From NCBI GenBank assembly GCA_963835065.1, contig CAWIEK010000049.1, positions 480,001 through 544,000 on the forward strand: a stretch of DNA of 64,000 nucleotides, in the 5' to 3' direction. A program made the translations under genes and the position numbers. The stretch comes from an uncultured Chthonomonadaceae bacterium (GTDB lineage Bacteria; Armatimonadota; Chthonomonadetes; Chthonomonadales; Chthonomonadaceae). The first letter of the stretch is position 1. Every line of letters begins with the position of its first letter. This document shows, in pieces, positions 1 through 8,808 of this stretch. The notes under the pieces are model-generated. The model made no database searches. It had not been told where the DNA came from and saw nothing but the letters and a program-made list of their open reading frames with translations.

Positions 1-894
1 TTGCTGCGTTAATTGTGCTTCGCGCTGCCGGGCTTGTTCCAGGTCAGACTGGAGAAGCGCGGCTTTCGCATCATTTTCTGTTGCCTGCCTGACGCGCGCC
101 TCATCCCGCGCCTCCATCTGCCTGCGCAGGGGCAACAAAAACCCGATTATCAGTACGCCTGCCGCAAACGCCGCCCCCACTCCGAAGGAGACGAGGGAAT
201 TCGGCGCGAGAGTAAAGTTCGGCAGCCATTTCGCGCGCCGGCGCTGCCAACCTGTTTCTGCTATGGGTTCTTTGCCGGAAAGTGGCGCGTCATTGTTCGG
301 CGGCGCGTCCGCTTTTGGAAGCGCGGCAGGCGCGGCGTCCGGGACAGGCAGCGGGGGAGCGGGCGCAGTAACAGGCGGCGCAAGCGGCGGCGCGAAGGCA
401 GTTGAACCGGCCAGGGATTGAAACACCTTCTCGGCATCCGTGTGGAGTTCCCGCAATTCCCGCGCGTCCCGGCGGCACAAATGGCACTCCTGTAGATGGG
501 TCTCGACTCGCGTTTTATCGGGCGCGCTGAGTTCATCGGCAGCGTAGCGAGAAAGGTCTTCCTGCGCGATACACCCCCAATCCTCTTCCTGCCAACTGTC
601 TTCCGCTCCCTGCGCTTGCCTCCATTCCTCTGCCGCCCGCTCCGTCTCCTCCCACTCGCTTTCCGGCTTCGCGCTGTCCTTCCATTTCGCTTCCTGCACT
701 TCGCTTTCCGTTCGGGCAAACAACTGCAGGAGTTGCGCTTCGACGGCAGGCGCTTGAGAATGCAGAGCGCGGCGGCATTGCTCACATTCGCTCAGGTGCG
801 CGTTTGCGGCTTCGGCAAAGGGAGCAGGATGCCGCGCATGGCCGAGGATACGGTCAATTTCTGCGGGTGTCAGATGTGGATTGGTTTCATTCAT
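1..894 (-). CDS. Membrane anti-sigma factor with two zf-HC2 (ZAS) zinc fingers; 3' end runs off the window
   Basis: Hand translation from ATG at 894 (not in ORF track, no stop in window): MNETNPHLT...AHLSECEQC...CIAQEDLSRYAADELSAPDKTRVETHLQECHLC, then Pro-rich linker, TM helix (VSFGVGAAFAAGVLIIGFLL) and coiled coil. Directly downstream of the sigma gene. Confidence 0.8.
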   Translation of the reverse strand, partial: MNETNPHLTPAEIDRILGHARHPAPFAEAANAHLSECEQCRRALHSQAPAVEAQLLQLFARTESEVQEAKWKDSAKPESEWEETERAAEEWRQAQGAEDSWQEEDWGCIAQEDLSRYAADELSAPDKTRVETHLQECHLCRRDARELRELHTDAEKVFQSLAGSTAFAPPLAPPVTAPAPPLPVPDAAPAALPKADAPPNNDAPLSGKEPIAETGWQRRRAKWLPNFTLAPNSLVSFGVGAAFAAGVLIIGFLLPLRRQMEARDEARVRQATENDAKAALLQSDLEQARQREAQLTQQ

Positions 895-970
895 CGGAGG
901 TGATTCATCCAATTTCAAGGCAATTTCAAACTTCATGTCGCAGCAAAGTTGGGCGCTGCCATACATAACC

Positions 971-996
971 GTTGGTGAGTTTCTATAATTCTTACA
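971..996 (-). promoter_or_regulatory. Putative ECF-type promoter TGTAAG-N13-CACCAAC upstream of the anti-sigma gene
   Basis: Minus strand reads TGTAAG aattatagaaact CACCAAC; the same two half-sites recur at 6048-6074. Confidence 0.55.
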
Positions 997-1021
997 TCAG
1001 AATGCCTGACAGCATGCGAAC

Positions 1022-2053
1022 TTACAACAGGGGTGGCTCACCAAGCCGCTTCCTTATCTGTTCCAGATAGTAGCAGCGCATGCGATGCACTGCGCCGGCC
1101 GTTTTCCCATAGCGAAGGGCCATTTCTTTATCCGGCAGCGGAAGGCGGTTCCAAATTGCCTGCATTGCATCAGGATCAATTTCCAATGCGGCGGCAACGG
1201 AGTCGCAGGGATTCTTTGAGGTTACAAAAGATTTGAGTTCCTCGCGGTCCCGCGCCAGCAGAATATAGGCGCGGAACGGCATAGGTACGCTGCAAATTGC
1301 CTGCCAGCAGGGTTCCCAATTCCATATAGTCTTCGGCTCTTCCGGCGCGGTAAGCCATTTCTCCGTATCCCTGTTCTCATTCTCGCCCGGTTCCGGTAAT
1401 GCAACGGTGACAAGCGGCAATTCCGCGCGCAGTTTCACCAGATGCGCAGCTAATGTATCTTCCTCCAGCGGCGTTTGTACCCATTCTAAAAGTTTTACCA
1501 ACAGTTCCGATAAGCTGACCTGCTTATAATTTGCCGGATGGCGTCCCTGTAAGGCTTCCTGTACAAATGTCGTATCGTCGTCGCGAAACGCGCTATATCG
1601 CCGCGTTTCCCGAAAATCCTCATGTTGCCAGTTGGCGAAGCCGACCAGCCATTTTTTCTTGATCTGCCAGCGCGCCAGAAGGGTGTTCAGCGGCGGCTGC
1701 CGTAATCTGTCGCGCACATCGCGTTCCATGCGGCCTTCCGGGGAATTCCGTCGAAATTCTTCATCAAGGAGACGGTCTACAATTGTTGCCGCCAATCCCA
1801 AAACGTTCGTAACCGGAGTCTTATTGTCGCGGTATCTTCTCAATTGGTTAAGGATTCTAAAACGCGCTGTCTGACACATATCTTCGGCATCGGTACGCGA
1901 AAACCCCTCCGCCGCTATACTTCGACGGATGAGTGGAGCAAGGTCGCCAAGAAGCGTTTCTTCCAGACGCTTAGACGCCTGCAAATCTATGGCAGCCGTC
2001 GCATAGTATTCCTCAAGCAGACCTGCCAATCGTTGGAGTTTCTCTGAATCCAT
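1022..2053 (-). CDS. Expanded ECF-like sigma-70 family factor
   Basis: Sigma2-like segment DAEDMCQTARFRILNQLRR and C-terminal HTH-like segment LPDKEMALRYGKTAGAVHRMR. Likely start MDSEK at 2053; the longer ORF reads through a palindromic element. Confidence 0.7.
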   Translation of the reverse strand: MDSEKLQRLAGLLEEYYATAAIDLQASKRLEETLLGDLAPLIRRSIAAEGFSRTDAEDMCQTARFRILNQLRRYRDNKTPVTNVLGLAATIVDRLLDEEFRRNSPEGRMERDVRDRLRQPPLNTLLARWQIKKKWLVGFANWQHEDFRETRRYSAFRDDDTTFVQEALQGRHPANYKQVSLSELLVKLLEWVQTPLEEDTLAAHLVKLRAELPLVTVALPEPGENENRDTEKWLTAPEEPKTIWNWEPCWQAICSVPMPFRAYILLARDREELKSFVTSKNPCDSVAAALEIDPDAMQAIWNRLPLPDKEMALRYGKTAGAVHRMRCYYLEQIRKRLGEPPLL

Positions 2054-2080
2054 GCCTTCTCCGCGCCATCGCCACATTTT

Positions 2081-2280
2081 GCCGGGTATTTTCAACGCTT
2101 GCTGTGAACTACTGGCCGTGTGGTTTACCGGGGGTTGAAAACCCCTGTCTGGACAAAGCAAGCGTCTTTCAGACGCGCCCAGGCTTTCGGGAAGTTGCGT
2201 CTGGAAGACGCTTGCACTTTCCTGCCGGGGATTTTCAATCCCCGGCCAGTATTTCACAGCAAGCGTTGAAAATACCCGGC
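2081..2280. mobile_element. 200-bp MITE/REP-like palindromic element
   Basis: 37-bp terminal inverted repeats (gccgggtattttcaacgcttgctgtgaa(c/a)tactggcc, 1 mismatch) with nested internal hairpins. Confidence 0.75.
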
Positions 2281-2285
2281 TACAC

Positions 2286-5200
2286 TCATTTCCAATCGCC
2301 AACCATCTGGAACGCCGCCCAATAGTAGGGATGCTGCCAAAAATGTTTTTGGTCATGCATTACCGCGATTTGCGCCCGCTGCAGCGCGACATCTTTGCTT
2401 GCTCCCGCTTTGTACTCGGTGTAGAAGCGTTTCATCAAGGCGTTGGCGCTGTTGGCGTCCACCTGCCATAAACTCACGCCCACGCTGCGCGCGCCCGCAT
2501 ACTGGAAGGCCCGCGTCAGTCCTACGACGCCCTCAAATTGCGTTTGTTTCCCCAACCCCGTTTCGCAGGCGGAAAGCATGACCAGATCGGCGGGCAAATG
2601 CAGGCGCAGAATATCCGCAGCGGTCAGCAGGCCCTTATCCGCGCCGTCCGAACGGAGTACGAGGGCGGAAGAAAGCGGGTCGCCATTTACCAGCAGGCCG
2701 TGACAGGCCAGATGCACAATAGTGGCCTGCCTCCCCTGCTGTCGCAGCGGCACACTGGTGGCCTGCTTGCCGGTATACGCTTCCACGCGATTGCCGTACA
2801 GGTTTTTCAAATCCGTAATCTGCTGCGTGATTTGCGGGACGAACGGCAGATGCAGGTTGTTTTGCTCCGAAGCCGGGACGGCCAGCGCGAGGATTTTCCC
2901 GGAGTGGGAAACCTGTATCTGACGCAGTTCGCGGTACAGGCTCAGGGAGGCAATCACGTGCAGGGGTTTGGCCTCTATCAAATGCGTGACCGGTTTGGGC
3001 TTTGCCGAATGTCCGACCGGCTTGTCCGGTGGAGAGGTGACCAGAGCGGCAAAGGGAAGCATATTCAGAACGCCGTCGGGACACAGCAGCAGGCGGTCAG
3101 AAGCGGCAATCTCCTTCTGCGCGGGCGCGACCAGTTGCTGATAAAGCAGGCGGGCGATAGGTTGGTAACTGCCGTTCGTTAGCAGCGCCCCGCGCAAATT
3201 CCGAACTTCCCGGCCAAGCGTTTCCTCGCCGATAGCAAGCGGAATGACGCGAACCTCGGTTTTGTTGGTCACGACAAACAGGTAGCTTTGTTTCTCGCCA
3301 AGCGCATACGCCAGCAGCAGGGTTCCCTCGTTCAGTGTCTGCTGCGCTTCCGCAAACGTCAGCGGTTTGGGATAGTGCAAGCCCGCGTAATGCGGCGAGG
3401 TCTGGCGAACGGTTGTTTCCAATTCGCGCTGCTTCGCATCCAGCGCTTGAATCTTGTCGCGCAGTTCATTGGCTTCAGCCTGTTGCGAATTGGCAGCCGC
3501 CGCAAGTAATTTTCGCGCTAACTCGCTGCGTTGCTGGGTGATTTGCCGCTGTTCCGCCAACTCCGGGGGCGCATCCGGCAGGGGAAGCGTGGAGGCCGAT
3601 GGTTCCCGTTCGCTGATCAGGTCTACAAGGCTGCGGGCGCGGGCGCGTTCCAGCGTTTCAAACGCGCCTTCCTTCTGGTTCAGGGCGATTTGCGCCTGCA
3701 TCATTCCCAAAAAAGGAACGGAATAATGTTCCAGCAGAAACGCGCGGTTTTCGGGGTTGGCAAGCTGCCCGCGCCGCGCTTCCACAATGTTCACGGCGTG
3801 GTCAAATTGCTTCAAGGCGTCTTCATTCTTGTGCTGTTCCAGCAACGTATAGCCCAAACAACCCCGTGAGTAAGCTTCCTCCAGAGAGTCAGGAGCGAAT
3901 TTCAGCGTCAGGTCGAGCATCTGCTGAAAGTGGCTTTGCGCGTTGTTGAAGTCTTCCTGCCGCGCCTCAACATACCCAAGCAGGGCATAGCTTTCTATCA
4001 GACTCGCAGAAGCGGGGGAGGAGCGTTGTCGAATTGTCAGCAACTCCTGCGCGTACTGCCGCGCCGGTTTCCAGTGCCCTTGTTGGACGGCTGCCAGGCT
4101 CAGACCTTCCAGCAAGACAGCCCTTTCCGCCGGGTTGGAAGTATTTTTCAGTAAAACAGCCGCTTTCTGAGCGTATCCTTGCGCGTCCGACAAAGCGCTC
4201 TGTAGAATTGCGACCCCATCCAGAAGGCGCAAAACCGTCGCTGTTTCAGAAAGCGGCGAACCACAATTCTTACAAATGGCGAGAGCGCGTTTATAGTAAC
4301 CTTTCGCCTGTGGTAAATCTCCTTCATTAAGCGCGACGATTCCCAGTGTATCCAGGGAAGCACACATATCAAGGGGATAAGGCTTTTGCTTCTCATAAAT
4401 ATCAAGCGCCATCTGCGCGTACTTCCGCGCGTCGTCTAATTTATACTGTGGCAAGGCAAGAATTCCAAGTTGTGCGTAACAAGTCGCTTCCTCTTGTGTG
4501 CCGGGAAGAATTTTGTGGCGGATAGCCAGCGCTTCCCACATATATTCTTCCGCCTTCAGAAAATTTCCTGAACCACTCTCAACTAAGCCCAGGTGTACAA
4601 GAATATCCGCATGAACAGGAGAGCCGGGCATCTTCTTGCGGGCCAGGGAAAGCGCTTCTTCAAGATAGGGGCGCGCATGGCTGAAGTCTTCCTGCATCAG
4701 TGCGACGTGTCCCATGTTGTCAAGTATCACCAGCATTGTTTCGGGTCGAAGTTTTCTCGACGATAAATAACCAGCGCCTGACGCGAATACTCCATTCCCT
4801 GTGGTAAGCGGTTCTGGTTGAAAGCTGCAACTGCCAAATCAGCATAAAAACGATGGCAATATCCAACGAATCGGGCGCATGTTTTTGTAAAATGGCAAGC
4901 GCCGCCTCATAGTTTTTTTGCGCCTGCTGTATAATTGCCCTGCCCATCGTCGGCTCTGCCCAAGCCGTCAGAGCGCGTCTGCGGTCTGCCACGAAACAGC
5001 AGCCTGCGTCCGGCAGCGGGCAAGCGCCTGTTCATAAAGTTTACGCGCTTCCTTCCAATCCTGACGCACAATGGCAATGTGTGCTTGTTGCTCATGTCTT
5101 CGGCTTCCCAAAAAACGTTCCGGTTGGCGGCGTCCAAGTTGCCGCGCCTGCTCATACCATGTCAAAGGCTCCCGGTAGATCGTTTTGATATTCCCGCGCC

Positions 5201-5862
5201 TCGCCCAATGCAAACAGAATGCTTCTTTGTGCGGCGGCATCATCTCCCGTTTTCTCCACATTCTTCCAGGCGCGTTCCTGCCATGTCTGCACCTGTTTCC
5301 AGTCACTCCGAAGACGGTACATTTCGCCTGTTCGCCAGCACAGCCAGCCAGCCCCAGCAATATTGCCCGCCTTTTCCAGCGCTTCAATGGCGCTCTGCCA
5401 GGAAACCACGCCCTCTTCCATATGCCCGTTTGCAATATTTGTCAGTCCGGCGTCATACAAAGCTTGCAACGGAGCCGGCCATTGCGGACGAACGCGCACG
5501 TCCGACGCTTTGTCCGGCGAAAGTATTCCCGGCAATGGTACCGGCAAATGACCATCAGGGGCTGATTTGCCCGCAAGCCTTTAAGCGTGATGGCGGACCC
5601 GGACGCATTTTCCCGCGCCGCTACAAAATCAAACGCGGAGCGCAAAGGACGCGCGCCGCACCACTGCAACACATCGCCGACATGCAAACCGGCTTTTTCC
5701 GCAGAGGAACCCGGCGCAACCGCTTCCACACACCCCGGACGGCTGCGCATCATTCGGCGTTTGCGCCTGCCTGTAATTTGCAGACGCGGACTTGAACATC
5801 AGGCGGGAACCACCGACACACAGGACTACAACGACAACAAGGATACGTGAGGAAAACCGCAT
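2286..5862 (-). CDS. PDZ-TPR-CHAT (caspase-like) protease with N-terminal hydrophobic segment; N-terminal third frameshifted
   Basis: CHAT catalytic motifs IVHLACHG and LVMLSACETG, terminal HPYYWAAF; many TPRs; PDZ-like VEAVAPGSSAEKAGLHVGDVL; start MRFSSRILVVVVVLC after RBS GAAGGAAGG. Fragments in several frames between 4720 and 5862. Confidence 0.85.
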
Positions 5863-6047
5863 GAGAAACCTTCCTTCGATATTCTTCCCTGCGAACGTGA
5901 AAAAGCGCGTGGATATGCGAGCATTGAATAGACCTCTATATTCAATGCCCCTTACCTGTCTGTAAATTTTGCTTCGATAGTACAAATACCTGCTTCCTGA
6001 AAAACAAAAGATGAGGGAAAAAATTATTGAAAAATTTCTGGTAGTGT

Positions 6048-6074
6048 TGTAAGCCAGGCAAATTTTACACCAAC
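6048..6074 (+). promoter_or_regulatory. Putative ECF-type promoter TGTAAG-N14-CACCAAC upstream of the PEP-CTERM gene
   Basis: TGTAAG ccaggcaaatttta CACCAAC; matches the motif at 971-996. Confidence 0.55.
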
Positions 6075-6190
6075 TATGGAGACAAGAGCGGCGCAGGGTT
6101 TCGACAAGCCCAAGTTTTGGCCTCTTATGCCACTTTCAAGCCTGTATGGGTTGTGACGCTGGTACTTTCACTTCAGAAAGAGAATTTCTT

Positions 6191-7116
6191 ATGTACAAAA
6201 ACACGTTTAAGTCTCTGCGGCCTTTGTTTCCGGCAACGTTACTCGCTTGTTTATCTCTATGTGCCTCTACGGCACACGCGCAATTCTTAATTCGTATCGG
6301 TGACGCCGATGGCTTCGGCTACCAATCGGCTCCCGGATTCAGGGCGGCAAACGGTGGGCCGGCCAACCGTGACGGCTTGGGCATCCTTGGCAACAGGGAT
6401 TTCCTTCCCGACATCAATCGAGACGGCCAGACCGCGAGCGGCAGGGGAGATGATTTTGACCTGCGTACCGCCAACGAGATTGCTAACACCGCACTCACTG
6501 GCGGCTTTGGCGTGACCAATACCACGGGTACGCTTGGCTCGAAATTCACCGATATTTCTCTTTCGACAAGCTATGACACCAGCAGCGCAGCCAAAAGTGT
6601 CCTGATTGGCGGCAACCCGAACACAGGCTTAATTCGGGGCGCAGGCGGCGCTTTTCCGTCGCCTCCAGCGTCTTCCCTGCCTAATCAGCCGGGTTTCGTG
6701 TTCCACTTCAATGTGGATAAAACGGCTTTAAGTTCTTCGAGTTCGATTTTCTTCAATCTCGTCTTCGGCGACTATGATGTGACACGGCGGATATTCAGCT
6801 TACGGAGGCAGACAACACAACGCGCATCCTCAGTTTGGTGCAGCAGGACACAACCTCTGATGGCTTGATTCAAGCAGCCACCGCGAACCTCACCTTCGGA
6901 GACGTATTTACCGACGGCGGCTCAGTATGGATCGGGTCTCTAAAAGTGGACTTCATTGCCCCGAATGAACCCTACACTGCGTTTGACTACGTGGAGTTAA
7001 GTACCACTCCACTGGTTGCCGTACCCGAACCCGGCACAATCGCCCTGCTTCTGGCAGGTGGATTGAGTGGCACGGGATGGCTGATGCGCCGCAGACGGGC
7101 TAAACAAGTCGGGTAA
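6191..7116 (+). CDS. PEP-CTERM surface protein (frameshift near 6785)
   Basis: Signal peptide ending STAHA; C-terminal VPEPGTIALLLAGGLSGTGWLMRRRR sorting signal in the second frame. Confidence 0.85.
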
Positions 7117-7162
7117 GATAAAGAAGCCATTCCGATAGCTTTGTGCCACGCCGGGGGCTTTG

Positions 7163-8008
7163 ACCCTCAACCCCGGCCCTTCTCCCTGATTCCCGAACTG
7201 CGTTCGGAGGGAGAAGGGAGCGAGTGTCATACCTTTACCTGACCAGTGGAAGATGGACGTGTTGTAAAGATTATAATCAACGGACACAGGCTGTGCCTTC
7301 GCTCCCTTCTCCCTGCGACGAAGGAGCGAATCAGGGAGAAGGGCCGGGGTTGAGGGTACCATCTTCCGGTTGCAAACGCGCACAGGTCTGCGCAATCACA
7401 ATCAGGACACCTTCCAGATTGTCGCGCACATCGGCGTTGGTAACGCGCAGAGTATGGTAGCCGTGCAAATGCAGCCAGTCGTCGCGGGCGGCGTCACGCT
7501 CGACGGTTCCGTTGTGCGAACTGCCGTCCACTTCCACGAGCAGGCGTAACTCCGCGCAGTAGAAGTCGGCAATATACCTGTCCAGAACCACCTGACGGCG
7601 AAACTTGTGCCCGTCGCACTTCCGGTCACGCAAATACGCCCACAACCGCGCTTCCATAGGAGTCATTTCGCGGCGAAATTGGCGGGCGCGTTCCGTCAGT
7701 TGCGGACGGATACGCAGGCGTTTCTCTTGGGGCATACGTTCGTTTCCTTTCCGGGGCGGGATTGCAATGGCGATTGCTTCGACAGCGGCGTGGATGGTTC
7801 CTGCCAGGTTGTACCCTCAACCCCGGCCCTTCTCCCTGATTCGCTCCTTCGTCGCAGGGAGAAGGGAGCGAGTGTGGTAGCTTTACCTGTTGAACGTGAA
7901 GTGGGCGCATTCGTAAATCTTGTAGCTCACGCACTCACCTTCCGCCTTCGCTCCCTTCTCCCTCCGAACGCAGTTCGGGAATCAGGGAGAAGGGCCGGGG
8001 TTGAGGGT
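7163..8008. repeat. Four ~60-bp REP-like palindromes in two inverted pairs (7163-7222 +, 7300-7357 -, 7813-7870 +, 7949-8008 -)
   Basis: Core accctcaaccccggcccttctccctgatt-loop-agggagaagggagcg repeated four times. Confidence 0.9.
7331..7735 (-). CDS. DUF559 / Vsr-like endonuclease
   Basis: RARQFRREMTPMEARLW...FRRQ...YIADFYC...LLVEVDGSSH motif pattern. Confidence 0.85.
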   Translation of the reverse strand: MPQEKRLRIRPQLTERARQFRREMTPMEARLWAYLRDRKCDGHKFRRQVVLDRYIADFYCAELRLLVEVDGSSHNGTVERDAARDDWLHLHGYHTLRVTNADVRDNLEGVLIVIAQTCARLQPEDGTLNPGPSP

Positions 8009-8070
8009 ACAACCTCCCGTTTTGCAGCAGCCTGAATAGCCAGAATCAGATTTCGCTATAGCGCGTATTG

Positions 8071-8808
8071 CTACGCGCTTTCGAGCGTAAAGAACGCGAC
8101 TTCGGGCGGGCAGAGGAAGCGGAACGGCACATCCGCGTTGCCGATGCCGCGATTGACGTACAGTTGCGCTTTGCCCGTTGTGTACCAGCCTGCGCGGTAG
8201 TGTTTGGCTTTGATCCACTTCAGGGCGCGGGCGGTGAGGATGGGAACGCGCACCTGCCCGCCGTGCGTGTGGCCGGAAAACACGATGCACTCGCGGTCTG
8301 CCACAAGGTCGGCCTCGCCGGGGTTATGGGCAAGAACCAGAACCGGCGCATCGGGAGGCACGTCGGCAAACGCGGCGTTGACATCCGGCGTTCCGTACCA
8401 GTCTTCATCCAGTCCGACAAGCCACAGGCCGTTGGCAAGGCGGTGATTGCGGTTGCACAGGTATACGATGCCGAGGGCTTCCAATGCCTGCCGTATCCGC
8501 TCCAACCCGGCTTTTACATCATGGTTGCCCGGCACGGCATACACGCCCAGGGGCGCGATACCGGGCTGCATCAGGGGCGCAAGCATTTCCATGCAGGGCG
8601 CAATGTCGGCGGGATCGTCGTTGACAAAATCGCCCGTCAGCACAATCAAGTCAGGCCTCTCGCGGCGCGCGCAGGCAACGGCCTCGCGTATCACGGCGTC
8701 GGAAGTCAGGCGGCTGCGGTGAAAGTCCGACAATTGCGCCACGCGCAGGCCGTTCAATGCGGGTGGCAGATGCGGCATAACAACCCGATGGCGCGTCGTC
8801 TGCATCAC
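8071..8808 (-). CDS. Metallophosphoesterase
   Basis: LSDFH, LTGDFVN, PGNHD, LAHNP and SGHTHGGQ motifs. Confidence 0.9.
   Translation of the reverse strand: MMQTTRHRVVMPHLPPALNGLRVAQLSDFHRSRLTSDAVIREAVACARRERPDLIVLTGDFVNDDPADIAPCMEMLAPLMQPGIAPLGVYAVPGNHDVKAGLERIRQALEALGIVYLCNRNHRLANGLWLVGLDEDWYGTPDVNAAFADVPPDAPVLVLAHNPGEADLVADRECIVFSGHTHGGQVRVPILTARALKWIKAKHYRAGWYTTGKAQLYVNRGIGNADVPFRFLCPPEVAFFTLESA

Noticed and set aside
2054..2356. N-terminal 101-aa extension of the sigma ORF
   Set aside because: Read-through of the palindromic element and overlap with the CHAT 3' end.
2286..5862. CHAT protein as part of a type III-E CRISPR (Craspase) locus
   Set aside because: No Cas7-11, Csx30/31-like genes or array in the window, and the protein appears exported with a PDZ domain.
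7163..8008. Four repeats with spacers as a CRISPR array
   Set aside because: Repeats alternate in orientation, are ~60 bp long, have homologous spacers, and no cas genes are present.
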